The notes beneath the pieces were generated by a model. The model saw only the letters and a program-made list of their open reading frames with translations, searched no databases and had not been told where the DNA came from. From NCBI RefSeq assembly GCF_009914755.1, contig NC_060927.1: 64,000 bases of DNA; one strand, 5' to 3'. The position numbers and the translations under genes were made by a program. The stretch is from the human T2T-CHM13v2.0 reference genome, Homo sapiens. Positions 42,527-56,110 of the stretch are shown here, one piece after another (the stretch's first letter is position 1; the number at the start of each line of letters is the position of its first letter).

Positions 42527-43094
42527 GGCACTTTGAATCATGAGGATAAGAAGCACAACTAGGGGATTATAAGGAGTGCCATCCTTTCGATTCCTAGACC
42601 TGTATGTTTGGAATCTAAGAGATACGGCATATGAAACACATTGTGGGATAATGCCCACCTCTTGCAGGGTGCCATTTCCTAGCTGGTGTCAAGATGGACT
42701 CTTCAACAAGCCATTCCTGCTCTCTATTCTTCTGCTAGATTATGGAGGGCATAATCCAGGGCCTTCTGGATCAATTTCCTAGGAGTGTAGGTATTTCCAG
42801 GCTCTGGACCCAGGTAGTGTTCATCCATCCCTATGTCACAAGTTTCTCGTCTTGCTCCTTCGCAGATTCTAACTATGCATTCAATCTGGCAGTCATGGCT
42901 CAGAATTCATACAGATCCTCACCTCAGCTCATCTGTCCTTCCAGGTAAAATTGGCCTGTTAGGAAGATTTCCTTTCCCCTGTGGCGTTTCAGGCTATCTC
43001 TAAGTGGGGACATAACTCCCAGCATTCGCTTCTTGGTGGTACTGACATAGGCTATTGGAGCTGCCTGAAAGCCAAACTCTGAATCTTCCCATTG

Positions 43095-43125
<31 letters not shown>

Positions 43126-43672
43126 TTCTTTTAAAATTTTATTAAGGGAGTAAATGTACTTCTTTGTTACATGAGGATTGCATGTGTACTGGTGAAGATT
43201 GGGCTTCTAGTGAAACCATCACCCAAATATTGAACATTGTACCCAACAGGTAATATTCAACCCTAACTCCCTCCCACTCTCCCCACTTTTGGAGTCGGCA
43301 GAGTCTATTCTGTTCATATTTATGTCCATATGTACTCAATATTTAGCTCCCACTTATGAGTGAGAAATGTGGTATTTGGTTTTCTGTTTCTGTGTTAGTT
43401 TACTTAGGATAATGGCCTCCAACTCCACCCATGTTGCTGCAAAGGACATGATTTTATTCTTTCTTATGGCTGTGTAATATTCCATGGCGTGCGTGTGTGT
43501 GTGTGTGTGTATCACATTTATTTCCAACAGTTGATTGGATAAATTGATACATCACATTTTCTCTATCCAATCAACCATTGCTGGACACATGTTTGTTCCA
43601 TAACTTTGCTATTGTAAACAGTGCTGCAATAAACATAGGAGTGCAGGTGTCTTTTTATATAATGATTTATTT
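43095..43672 (-). mobile_element. L1PB/L1PA16-17 3' end with (TTTA)n tail
   Basis: CCATCACCCAAATATTGAACATTGTACCCAA.AGGTA, TTTAGCTCCCACTTATGAGTGAGAA and GATAATGGCCTCCA. Confidence 0.85.
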
Positions 43673-43729
43673 TAAAGCCACAGGGAATTTCATGGAGGTG
43701 TAGGTGCTATGTGATATTCAGGATGATAA

Positions 43730-44121
43730 TGTGGTAGTCAGGAATTAGTTTTGTTTCCCATATATTTTCAGTTCTCCACATTTAAGCACACCATAGGACT
43801 GCATTTCCTGGCCTCCTATTTGTTGAGTGGGAATATGTGACTAGCTCTAACTGATAAGAAATCGCCAGTGTCCCTCCCTTGAGGTTGAGTATTTAGGTGA
43901 TTTTATGAGTCCCTCCGGATCTCCCTTTGGCTGACTCATCAGCCTCGGCCCTGAATGACTGTGATGATCACAGCCACTCCCACTAGCTCCTCCCTGGCTG
44001 ACCCGCAGTCAAAGACAGTGTTGAATGAGCGAGATTTGAATATTTGTTATTTTAAGCCACTGAGATTACTGGAGCATCTGCAGTATGTGTTACTGCAACA
44101 TAACCTAGCCTGAGTGATACA
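43730..44121 (+). mobile_element. MLT1I-like MaLR LTR
   Basis: TGTGGTAG start...TTTTAAGCCACTGAGATT...TGTTACTGCAACATAACCTAGCCT..TGATACA end. Confidence 0.75.
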
Positions 44122-46180
44122 GATGCTGAGGTGGTCATAGTCTCTGCAGGGCACATGATTGATTAATTACAGCTGGTGATTGTTACAGGTAAGACCATTC
44201 ACTGAGTCTTGACTACCACACTTACAAAACTGACTATTATGAGAGCCAAAACGGCTTTGCTTCTAGCTGTGCCTGGTAAATCTACCTGTCATCCTAAGAT
44301 GATTCTGTCCCCAGGGACAAGCAGGGCCCATTTTATAATGGCATCTTATCCACAGTATTCTTGGCCCAGCGAGGACTATTAGTATAGCATTTTTTGAAGA
44401 TTTTGGCATTTCCCTTATCATCTATTCCTCAAGGCAATAGGGTAGGTCTTTGAATTCCCTTCTCCACATCTCTGAAGAGATTTCTGGCCTTTTGTTTCAC
44501 CCAGCATGGGTCAGTCTTCAGTAGAGATTTTCATTAATGGAAGAATCAAATTGTTGGAATCCAGTCAACTGTCCAAGCAGACACACAGCAGGTACACTTT
44601 CTGATGGGTAGACCTATAACAATAGATTCTGCCTCATTTATGATTATATTCCACCCCCATTATTTAAGCACTCTCAAAATTTATGCCCCACAAGATTTCC
44701 CAGACGATGGACCTGCAATTTTCCCCAGGCATAACTTTTGCTTCTGTACCCTGATTATTCATTTCTCCCTCCAGGCCATGTTAAGTCCAAATCTTGTTTA
44801 TTCAGAGAACAACAATGAGATGGAGGCAGAGAGTCAGTGCCACTTCTATAGGCAAACGAGGGGCAGGGGGAGTATGGCCAAGAGTTTGGAGAGGCAGCGT
44901 TCTCCAGTCCTTCAGTGCTCACAGATATCCCCATCCCAGTATCACGATCCCCACCCAACCACACTGGTGGCTGATAAGGTTATAAATTGACTAGTGTTGC
45001 CATTCATAAACCAGAAGGCTCAATCCCTGAATTTTTCTAAGAATTATCAGCTCAACAGCCACAAGCAATGAGAGATTCTTTAAGGAGAGAATTTTGATGT
45101 CTGAGCTCAGCTTAGGTTATTTACATAAAGCTATCAGATACTTTCAGAAGGACCCATCGTGCCCGTGTCTCTCTCCAGCAGCTGCTGGGACCCAGCAGTG
45201 GCCCCTTATTGAGTTCATGTCATCACAAGTGAGCACAACAGGTAACTAGATTTGCTGCTCCTTCTCTGTATACTTATGCATTCCATTTGTGCCATGACCA
45301 ATTCCACATACCCCGAGGGCCTGCTGCCTATGGCCCTGGAACCAATTGCTATATCGGCCAAAATTCTGCTGCAACAACAGAAACCAATTCTGATTCACTC
45401 AAGCATGGGCGTGGAGTGGAAAACAAAACCAAACCTGGTAGAGGCAGGGAGTCTGTGTGTATAATTAGTCAGAATTATCTTGAGGTAACTCAAAGAACTG
45501 AGAAATGAAAAACTGTCCTTGGAAATGGGAATCTTGGGGACAGGGATGTTCTATGCATCTAGGAAGCAGCAGAAACCAGGAGAGGTTCTCATATGATGCA
45601 CGCCAAACTTTCCTCCTCCTTTCCCCACAATGTGAAGATTTCCAGGGTAGGACATGTTATTTGTTCAGCTTGAAACACCTGTCCAGTCATGAAAAGAGTC
45701 AGGGTCTGTTACTAGCTGAAGAGGAAGAAATGGGTGTCCATGTAGGAGAGCCTCAACCACTTCACCTAGCCCAAGACCACACAGCCCCCTTTTTTTCTGA
45801 GCAGACCTCTTCCCACCTACCCTGTGATAGGGGAGAGTGGAGAACAAGGTTGCTTGGCAATAAGCACATCATTTGTTTATAGGGGAAATTTGAATCTCTG
45901 AGATCCAGGACATGGGGACCCATGGGCCACTAGTCCTGGCTCTGTCCAGAAGGAAATCCTCTGAGACTCTCTTCATTAATCTCCCAGATTCTCCTACCTT
46001 CACTTACAGAGCAGATTTCTCAGGCATTGCAGAAGATTGAGAATGGGAAACCAACCATGCAGAGATGCGGACTTTCTCTTTTGCTGTGGGGACTTTCTCT
46101 GTGCTGGGGGATCTTCATCAGGAAAGATACCATTCTCTACCGCCTTTGGATGGAATTAACACACCCCTGGATGAACCCTT

Positions 46181-46553
46181 TATCTTAGTCCATTTTGTGC
46201 TGCCGTAAAAGAATAGCACAGACTGGGTAATTTATAACAAACAGAAATGTATTAGCACATGGTTCTTGAGGCTGGAAGTCTAAGATCAAGGTTCCAGCAT
46301 CTGGCAAGAGCCTTCTTTCTGTGCCTCACATGGCAGGAGATGGAAAGATAAAAGAGGTTCAAAGTCATCCTTTTGTAAGGACCCCACTCCTGTGATAATA
46401 GCATTAATCCATTTATGATGGCAGTGCTCCCCATGACTCATGGGGTGTCCTCATGACCCAAACACCTCCCAATAAGCTTCATCTCCCAACACTGCCACAT
46501 CGGGGGTCAAGTTTTTAACACATAAACTTTGGGGGACCTATTCAAGCCACAGC
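46181..46553 (-). mobile_element. MSTC/MLT1A-like MaLR solo LTR
   Basis: TCTTAGTCCATTTTGTGCTG...CAGACTGGGTAATTTATAA...ATTCAAGCCACAGCA. Confidence 0.85.
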
Positions 46554-47199
46554 ATTCCCTTAGCACACTTGACAAGAGAACAGCTTCACTCAGGAAAGTG
46601 GTTTTAGTGGTTTATCAGCAGTAGCCTCTCTTGGGAGGACTGAACCCCTCTTGAGTTCATGAAGAGTAGCACATTTCCTCCCTGAAAGTGTGAAAGCTCA
46701 CTTTGCCAACAATGTGCATCTCCTCAGACAGCACAGGAAGAACTGGCCTCCAGGGATCACTACACTCTAGATGACAAACTCTCATAAGGCTCCATATCCC
46801 AGCCCAAAAGAGTGTTGGAAAAGTCCCAGGTGGCTGTCCATGACTAACAGTCTTGTAAGTTTCCAGAGATCCTTTAGGGTGACCAGCAGTTCTTCCCCCA
46901 TCATGACAAATTGCCCATCTTACCACACAGACTCTTACCAGGGCTACCATTACTTTCTAGAGGTAATGCTGACTGGTACCAGGTCAGAACCCTCTCCAGG
47001 AATCTGCTAAAGCCCTGCAATGTCTCCTGCTGCCTTTCTGTCTGCTACCTGTCTACAACGTAGCCTCATTCTTGCCTTCACACCTGGCTTCCATGCCACC
47101 AACTATTTATTTTTTAAACTCATCCTCTTTAGATCCCTCTTAATCACATTTTCAGCCCCTCTCCCCAGGAGAGCTGGCCACTTCTTTGTGCTCCAATCA

Positions 47200-47388
47200 T
47201 CCCATATTTCTGCTAGAGTACCTTAGCATTTCTTATGCAATTATTTGCTTAACCACCTGCCTTCTCCAATACATGATGAGCTCCTCCAGTGAAGTGACCA
47301 TATTGTTCACATCTCTGTATCCTGAGGGCCTAGCACCATGCTTCATGAAAGTCATTCAAAGCATTTATTGAATGAATGGATGGATTGG
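47200..47388 (+). mobile_element. L2 3' end
   Basis: TGAGCTCC...CATCTCTGTATCC...CCTAGCAC...TTTATTGAATGAATGGATGG. Confidence 0.7.
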
Positions 47389-47739
47389 TAGAGCAGCCCA
47401 TCCCCTGTGTACTTAGGACAATGCCCTGATACAGGACCTGGTACAGGGAACAGCACAAGCATGGTCTCACTTCTTCAGCAAAACTTGATCCACACTGTGA
47501 GCTTTTCAGAGCCTCCTCGTATTCCTCCCTGATGCCACTTTGTAGATTTTCAAATCGTTTCAAAGCTTTAACTTTCTACCAACAGTATCACCAGGCCTTC
47601 TCACACTGTCTCTAGTGACAGAGAATAGGAGGATGGGAGAAGAATTATGCAATGCATCTTTCCATTTTTAGTAAATTCCAAATTTGTTAAAGCCAGGTAT
47701 CAAGATAAGCCAGAAAGCAAAATTGGATGATGAAAAGAG

Positions 47740-47900
47740 AAGCAGACTGGCTTGGGTCTCAGTGCTTGCTGCACAGCTCCCTTTTCTGATCATGGGTTTT
47801 ACTATCTATAAAAGAAACAAACCTTCCTCAGAGGCTTGCATGAAGTTTAATGGAGTGAAACAGGTTAAGCACCTAGCAGTGCCCGGCACATGGTAGGCAT
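47740..47900 (+). mobile_element. MIR fragment
   Basis: CTATCTATAAAA...CCTCAGAGG...AAGCACCTAGCAGTGCCCGGCACATGGTAGG. Confidence 0.65.
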
Positions 47901-48169
47901 GTGACTGTCACAAATATGAACAGTCAAGAGGCTGATTACATGATAATTTTCAGGAAACATCTAAAAACAATAAATATCTAGGAAAATCAGAAACATGAAA
48001 TCTTAAGAGGAGCTTGTGAGAAGATGTCATTAACTCAAATACTTTTTATCAGAAGCTCTTTCTTCCCTCTGCAAAAGCCAGTGATCCTACCCCTTTCAGA
48101 GGAAGGCCTGGCCTTTGGACCCAGGGCCAACAGTAACTTGATTCTGAGAAAGAAGTGTCTTACATCTAC

Positions 48170-48710
48170 TGAAGCTGAACAGACACACGCTTCAAGACAC
48201 ATCAATTTCCTCTGACAGAAATGTGTTCACAAATTCTTCAAAAATCACCTACAAGACTATTCACAGCAACACTGTGCATGATAGCCTGAAACTTGAAACT
48301 ACCCAAATGACCATTAACAGAAGAGTGAATAAAGTAACAGTGGTGTATTCATACATGGGATATTGTACATCAGTGAGAATGAATGAACTACAACCACATG
48401 AATTGACATGGCTGAATCCCATCATTGTAATGTTGAGTGAAAGAAGATAGGCACAAAGGGCTACATGCTTTGTGATTCCACTTATATAAATTCCAGAAGC
48501 AAGAAAATCACATCCATGCTGTTAAAAGTCAAGATAGTGGTCACCTTGGAGGGGTACTATTGATAGGAGGAGGGGAGGATCCCAAAGAGCATGGTTTCTG
48601 GGATACTAGTAATGTTATGCTTCTTGATCTGGGTGCAGGTTACATGCATATGTTCAGATAATTTAAATTCAACACATTGGACATTTATGATTTGTGCTCT
48701 GTCATACATA
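48170..48710 (+). mobile_element. L1ME 3' end
   Basis: AATGAATGAACTACA...TAATGTTGAGTGAAAGAAG...TGATTCCACTTATATAAA...TCTTGATCTGGGTG..GGTTACATG. Confidence 0.8.
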
Positions 48711-49524
48711 GAAAATGTGGCTTATGTCAAGACTTCCAAAACAGTGGCCATGTGGGATGTCTGAGTGAAGTGTAGTTCCTAGATCTGTGGCAATAGGACA
48801 CCCACTCCATGCCAAATAGAATACAGAATTCTCCCAATGATGGCATGACATCTCATTAACTGCATGAAGCCAAAGAAGATTTTGTAATCAATTCCGGTTC
48901 TAGGATTTCCTTAAACCTGCCCATGGTTAAGGATCTGGTGCTTGTAAAACACTTTACCCCCAGATAATTGGGCAGGTATGTCCTCTCAACTCTATCTCAT
49001 GACCAAATAAGGTAATCCGTGTCTCCCTTAAATTTTAGATCCATCAGATCATTGAAAGTTGATGCCAACTTTGTTTTAGATAAACTTCAAGCCTAGGCAC
49101 TTTAATCTAAAATTTTCTGTGAGGTTTATTTCCCTTAATTTGAAATGCAAGTAAAAATTACCTAAGATCTGGAAGCATGTATTGATCTTGTCATCAACTG
49201 TTTATACCACAGACAGAAATCAAACCTGGCCCAAGTTGTACAACTTCATTATTGACCCAAACCTATTTAACTCTCTCCCAAAGATCTTAATGCAAGCATC
49301 AGACTGCAAGTCATGTAATTCTTTCTCACAAAATTACCAATGACATAAAGAAACCTGTGTCCTAGATCTCTCCCGATAGTTTTTAGATGATTTGAATTTG
49401 CATTTGTCTGCTAGAGAAGAAAAAGATGGGCAGCATCTACTGTCTGAAAGTAGTGTAACATTCCAAGGAGGAGTCCCACAAAGTAGTTTCTGGTCTGCTA
49501 AGACCAGTTAACCACTAGTTATGC

Positions 49525-49860
49525 TTGCGGCAGACACTGCTGGTTGGTGGGCCCAATAGCCATCTCCAACCTCCTTATCCCTTGCCACTCTTCACTATGG
49601 AAGATGAAGAGTTAAATACTTTTTCATCCTTTGCTACAGCAAAAATGGTCAGACTACACATCTATGACCAATGAGACTTAAGCAGAAGTTTTCTGAAAGC
49701 CTGTTTTACTGATTAATGGGAAAGCCAGCTGGCATTTCCTTTATCATTTCTTCCTGCACTGACTATGAATGATGTCTGGAAGTGCAGCAACCATCTTACC
49801 ACTGTGCGATATAAGTCAGAGCCTGTGAAGGATGGTGAAGAGAAAAATGAAGGGGCATGG
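49525..49860 (+). mobile_element. Old MLT1 (J/K/L-like) MaLR LTR fragment
   Basis: TGCGGCAGACACTG start, GACCAATGAGAC.TAAGCAGAAGT and GATGTCTGGAAGTGCAGCAACCATCTT. Confidence 0.55.
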
Positions 49861-50740
49861 ACTGCCTACTTCCAAACAAGAAGGGCTATTATGAAGATAA
49901 GTCTCAGAATATTTAGCAAAACAGCAATATAAACTATCTAGGCTGTAACATAACAGTCTACTTGCTGTGGGTGCCAGAATATCTTGCAAAACTATCTGAA
50001 AACTAGGCCTCGATGTGTTTTCTTTTTGGAGGGAATTAATGCTTAATTATTTATAGGGAATTTTCCATGATGAATCTATATCACCTGCAAATACCACTTA
50101 CTTGGTCCTGCAAGACCTGCTTGAGTTTGATCATCTATATTTTCACTTGACAATGGATTGCCTCTATACATGCCTAACCTTGTGACATGAGTGGTCCAAT
50201 AATACTCAATTCTTGATGAGCAGCTTAGTTCACATGTCACCTGGAGTTCATGGGCAGATATTCAGGCACTACTAAGGTTAAATAGCAAGCAAGAAGCTAT
50301 TTCTCAAAAGGAGAATAATTATCTGTAGAAGAGAGATGAGATTTTCTCTGTGATTCTTGCAGAGGACACATAAACCTTCAGAAACTTTCTGTGATGTTGG
50401 ATCTCCCAAGTCATAAGATCAAGTGGCAGAGCAGCTTTCCCTGAAGCCTGAACTTCTACAGAGCCTCCTCTTTCTCCAGGATTCCCTTAAACTTTTTAGT
50501 TTGCTTGATAAATGGATCTGAACATTATACTCAAATGTGGTATGTATTACCTTTGAAATCTAAGGAAGCTCCTCAAATGTTTCTTCCTCTTAGTAGTAGA
50601 TGGTGCAAGGTATAGGAACTTCTCTTTCACATTGAAGGGCATATCTCATATGATCTAGACCACAGAAGCCCTAGACATGTCACTGATGTAGTAAGTTCCT
50701 GAATTTTTATGTGATTTCTCTCCAATCCTCGGGCACTGAT

Positions 50741-51063
50741 GTTTTGGTTTTTTAAGGATTTTTGTTTTTGTTTTTGTTTTGAGGTGGAGTCTCACTCTTT
50801 TGCCCAGGCTGGAGTGCAGTGACATGATCTCAGCTTACTGCAACTTCCCCCTATCCACTGGGTTCAAGCGATTCTCCTGCCTCAGCCTCCGAGTAGCTGG
50901 GATTGCAGGTACATGCCACCATGCCAGGCTTATTTTTGTATTTTTAGTAGAGACGGGGTTTCCTCATGTTGGCCAGGCTGGTCTCCAACTCCTGACCTTA
51001 AGTAATCCTCCTGCCTTGGCCTCCCAAAGTGTTGGGATTACAGGCGTGGGCCACCGTGCTTGG
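50741..51063 (-). mobile_element. AluS (AluSz/Sx-like)
   Basis: Dimer with a GTTTTT tail and ACTCCTGACCTTAAGTAATCC. Confidence 0.9.
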
Positions 51064-51252
51064 ATGCACGGATGTATCTTACTAACACATCTAAAGTACT
51101 TTATACTTTTTGGACCAGCAGTGACCAGTGTGAGATTCTGTGGAATGTCAAGATGATAAATATTTCTGCAATGGGCAGGAGAGCTGGAATAGCCTGAGGG
51201 AAACACTGAAAGGGTACTGTGGCCCCTTCTAGGTGAAAGAGAACAACTTCTT

Positions 51253-52404
51253 TTTTTTTTTTAATTTTATTATTATTATACGTTAAGTTTTAGGATACAT
51301 GTGCACAATGTGCAGGTTAGTTACATATGTATACATGTGCCATGCTGGTGTGCTGCACCCATTAACTCGTCATTTAGCATGAGGTATATCTCCTAATGCT
51401 ATCCCTCCCCCCTCCCCCCACCCCACAACAGTCCCCAGAGTGTGATGTTCCCCCTCCTGTGTCTATGTGTTCTCATTGTTCAATTCCCACCTATGAGTGA
51501 GAACATGAGGTGTTTGGTTTTTTGTCCTTGCGATAGTTTACTGAGAATGATGATTTCCAATTTCATCCATGTCCCTACAAAGGACATGAACTCATCATTT
51601 TTTATGGCTGCATAGTGTAGCCATAGTATGCATGCATAGAATACTATGAATGCATAGTATGCATGCATAGAATACTATGAATGCATAGTATGCATGCATA
51701 GAATACTATGAATGCATAGTATGCATGCATAGAATACTATGAATGCATAGTATGCATGCATAGAATACTATGAATGCATAGTATGCATGCATAGAATACT
51801 ATGAATGCATAGTATGCATGCATAGAATACTATGAATGCATAGTATGCATGCATAGAATACTATGAATGCATAGTATGCATGCATAGAATACTATGAATG
51901 CATAGTATGCATGCATAGAATACTATGAATGCATAGTATGCATGCATAGAATACTATGAATGCATAGTATGCATGCATAGAATACTATGAATGCATAGTA
52001 TGCATGCATAGAATACTATGAATGCATAGTATGCATGCATAGAATACTATGAATGCATAGTATTCATTGTTGGACATTTGGGTTGGTTCCAAGTCTTTGC
52101 TATTGTGAATAGTGCCTCAATAAACATACATGTGCATGTGTCTTTACAGCAGCATGATTTATAGTCCTTTGGATATATACCCAGTAATGGGATGGCTGGG
52201 TCAAATGGTATTTCTAGTTCTAGATCCCTGAGAAATCGCCACACTGACTTCCACAATGGTTGAACTAGTTTACAGTCCCACCAACAGTGTAAAAGTGTTC
52301 CTATTTCTCCACATCCTCTCCAGCACCTGTTGTTTCCTGACTTTTTAATGATTGCCATTCTAACTGGTGTGAGATGGTATCTCATTGTGGTTTTGATTTG
52401 CATT
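51253..52404 (-). mobile_element. Young L1 (L1PA2/3-like) 3' fragment, 5'-truncated, containing an internal minisatellite
   Basis: Poly-T, 3'UTR and ORF2 C-terminus (ORFs 52047-52403 and 51480-51668). 16-bp TSD AAGAGAACAACTTCTT at 51237-51252 and 52405-52420. Confidence 0.95.
51622..52063. repeat. Minisatellite: 14 identical copies plus 8 nt of the 31-bp unit CATAGTATGCATGCATAGAATACTATGAATG
   Basis: Units start at 51622, 51653 ... 52025, and I saw no variant units. Confidence 0.97.
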
Positions 52405-52963
52405 AAGAGAACAACTTCTTGTGGTCCTTGTAAACTGATATAGTGCTAAAAAGCATTTGCTATACAAATAGTTACATAACAATTTCCAGGGGTTGTGTTG
52501 ATTTGTTCCAGGAGAGATTCCACATCTAGAACAGCAGCTATGATTGATGTTAGCACCTGATTAAGTTTATAATATTGCATTGTAGTTTACAGTTTATAAT
52601 ATTTCATTAAGTTTACAATTTTCCAAGATCCAATCATCTTCTGCACAAATGGAGCAGACCAAATTAAGAGGGATATGGGCAGAATCACCAACCCAGCCTC
52701 TTTCACATCTTTAGTCTCTGTAGTTTCCCTTGAGATATGATTTTGCTTTGGAATTACTATCCAATTAGTTAGGGCAAGTTACAGAGGCTTATGCTTGGCC
52801 TTTCTATCATAAAAGTCTTTATTTCCTAGATCAGGGAGCCAATGTGACGGCTCTATAGTTGCTGAGTAGGTCTATTCTAATTACACATTAAAGAGCTTGG
52901 AAAATAAACACAATGAGGATCTGTAGACCCACTGGTATTACTATGATACAGTTTGGGGCCTAA

Positions 52964-53341
<378 letters not shown>

Positions 53342-54339
53342 TGAATCCTTAAGGATTAACATTAAGTCAGAGCCAGTGTCTAATAATTTCTGCAAGTTCT
53401 GGGTATATTTATTCTCCTGTGTGGAATTATCCTAGGAAATAGCTTCAGATTCCTCTGGAAAAGTTGCAAAGAAATGCATGGAGGTAATGTTGCAAGGACC
53501 TTCTCAAGAGAATCCAATCTTTGCTTCAACCAAAGGCTCTGGGCCTGTGAACTGGCTTAGACCTTAAAACTGGGTGGGAGAGCAAGATTCTCCATTTTGG
53601 CGTCCCTATCCAATTTTCTCACCACCAGACTCTAGTTTGTCCTGTTATATAAATTAAGTAATATCTTAATACGTTGTCCATCTATTTCATTCCTAGGGAC
53701 ACTGTGATTATCCAGCCACTGCCAAAGATTTCTGCAGGCTAAAACCAATTTTTGATGACCATTTCATTGTTGCTGCTCATTGTGGTAATTATGTCCATCT
53801 TGTCTCTGGAAGTTCGGTGTTGTCACATGGCTTCTGCTACTTCAGAATTCCATCAAACTTATCAAAATCAGGAAACCTTCTCAGTGGCAGTAGCTCCCAG
53901 CCCACAGATGGCTGCCAAAGAGCTATGCAAGAATCCTGGTGCTCCCTCACTGATGCTCTTCTCAATACCTTAATTAAGGGATTGCAGTCTGGACTCTTTC
54001 AGTGGATTTAGTGGGGCTGAGTAATGTGAAAGTTGTACAAGATAAATCTACCTCAACATTCTTATATTGCTAAGCATTTTGATTCTTTTCTCTATAATAT
54101 GCCAGGGAAGTTTGAGCATCTCAACATCATTGAGTTTAGGTTTCAGTCAACTAACCAAGCAACCATATAGATAAATTCAGCCTCATTCACTATTGTAGAA
54201 AATCCTCTTGTTCTGTCACCTTATAAATCATTCCCAGACTATTTTCCAGGCCTCTGCTTACATATATTAGCAAAGTCTTACCATTTTTTTGGAGTATAAA
54301 CTATTTCCCTCTGGGACAGACTTTGTACCTGTCCTCTGG

Positions 54340-54695
54340 AACATGTGTAATCTAACTCTAGTAACATGTCTAGAAACAATGAGGGTAAAGAACTGAGGCA
54401 ATGGCTCAGGTGAGGATGGTGCCAGAAGGGCCAAGAGAAGCTGAAGGCTGGAGCCAATCTTCTGCTGCTATTGAAGGGAAGATGAAGGAAACTGGAAAAT
54501 TGAAAGAGATTCCTCATTTTTCCTTTCCTCTTCTCCAGTCTTCCTCTAATGCCTCCCATTGGAAGAACTTAATGGGAAGCCAGCTCACAAGGGAGCCTAG
54601 GAAATACAGTTTGTAGAGTCTCAGCCCTACTGTCACAGAGCAAAGTATGAGAGAGTGCTCTTGGAGGTGAGATACCATGGGTAAATAACTGACCC
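54340..54695 (-). mobile_element. ERVL LTR (LTR33-like), probable 5' LTR of the 50090-54330 provirus
   Basis: GCCTCCCATTGG..GAAC.TAA..GGAAGCCAGCT..CAAGGGAGCCT.GGAAAT..AGTTTG...GGTAAATAACT; orientation agrees with the adjacent gag-pol. Confidence 0.65.
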
Positions 54696-54709
54696 TGGTA
54701 TGGCCCCAG

Positions 54710-55255
54710 TATTGTTGTATTTATTCATTTTGCCACACAGCATCCATTCACCTTCTTCCGGAAAAAACAATACCATTGCTGTGTTTGAAAACGACCCTTT
54801 CCTCATTTTCAGTCATGCCATTGAGGTACAATGACACACTCCCAGCTCAAGAGGTGAACCTTAAATGGCTTAAGCTAATCAGAACCTCGTACCACACTGG
54901 TCACAATGAGGAAGGTATAAAGAGGCAATATAACAAAATTCAATCAAAGTGAGTGAAATGCATGGAAACTTCCTACAAATTCTGGAACAGTGGAAGAAAG
55001 AATCTCAAGTCCGATCCTGAAAACTGGTAGACTAGAGCTACTACTAGTATTGTTATAACTTGAATCTAAGTATAAAGTCAACATATGAAAGACAGCAGAG
55101 CTAAGACAGAGATAGTCATGTCCTGGTGATATTCTATGAGCCTCAATCAAGCTAAAGCCAGCATTATCCCAGAACATTCACATTTCAGTAATCATATACT
55201 CTCATTTTGCTGAGCTAATGTACACTGTTATCTACAAAACACAATGCTCCAAAGA
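54710..55255 (+). mobile_element. MLT1K/L-like MaLR LTR
   Basis: CCCAGCTC.AGAGGTG...GCTTAAGCTAATCAG...CTGGTCACA.TGA...GTCCTGGTGATAT...TGAGCC..ATCAAGC. Confidence 0.55.
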
Positions 55256-55744
55256 ACTACTACCCAACAGTAGTAAATGTTACAAGAAGAATGTCTATGT
55301 CTCTAGGGGATCATTCACCATTTCTCCCAGCCCCACTATTACATTTATGGCTAACGCTGAATTTTAAGCTCATAGTCAAACACCAGGGCAAAGTTCAGTC
55401 ATTCATGGAAAGATCAAATCCTGGAGCTAGACCTCACTAGCATGGTGTTAATAACCAAATAAATGTACTTAGTTATGGAGTTATAGTCTGCCAGCTTCAA
55501 AAGAGTGTTTGAGGTGCTTATAAAACATAAAAACATACAGAGTACAATGATGCAAAATGAAAACAAATAGAAATCTGAAAAAAAGAGCATAAGAATAGAA
55601 GCTGGCTGCAGTCTGTAGTTAAGCCCTGAGTTACCTTTGCTTTTCTTAACAATGAAAAAGAAAAGAGAAATAAACAGATGTATACAGTCCTCACACTCTT
55701 AAGAAATGAAGCCTACAAGTTTCTGTTTGCAGAAGAAAGAAGGC

Positions 55745-56110
55745 ATCAACATTTACTTAGTGCCTACTATGTGCCAAAAACCTTCCATGTGTTATTTCAT
55801 TTATTTCTCTGAGTAGCTTGGTGGGAAAGTGTTAGTTTCCATGGTTCGAGGAAAAGAAAGTAGAGGTCATAGCAATTAAATACCTTGCCCATGGTCCCAG
55901 CCGTAGAAAGTAGTGCAGCTAGGATTTGAGCTCTTATGTACCTGGTTCCAAGCCCACTACTTACTACATTTAAAGGTTATATATTGATCAGAAGAAGTAA
56001 GCAATATTTATTTAGTGCCTAAGAGGATCCAACGATCTTTACATGTGCAGTTGACCTTCCCAACAGCCCAGAAAGGTAGCTGAGCAACCCCCATTTTACA
56101 TACAGGAGAG
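55745..56110 (-). mobile_element. Two MIR fragments (about 55745-55965 and 56003-56110)
   Basis: AACATTTACTTAGTGCCTACTATGTGCCA...CTTGCCCATGGTC.CA...AGGATTTGA, and CCCATTTTACA.A.AGGA. Confidence 0.7.

Noticed and set aside
51622-52063. CRISPR-like array of ~31-bp palindromic repeats
   Set aside because: The units are head-to-tail with no unique spacers, there are no cas genes, and the context is a primate L1.
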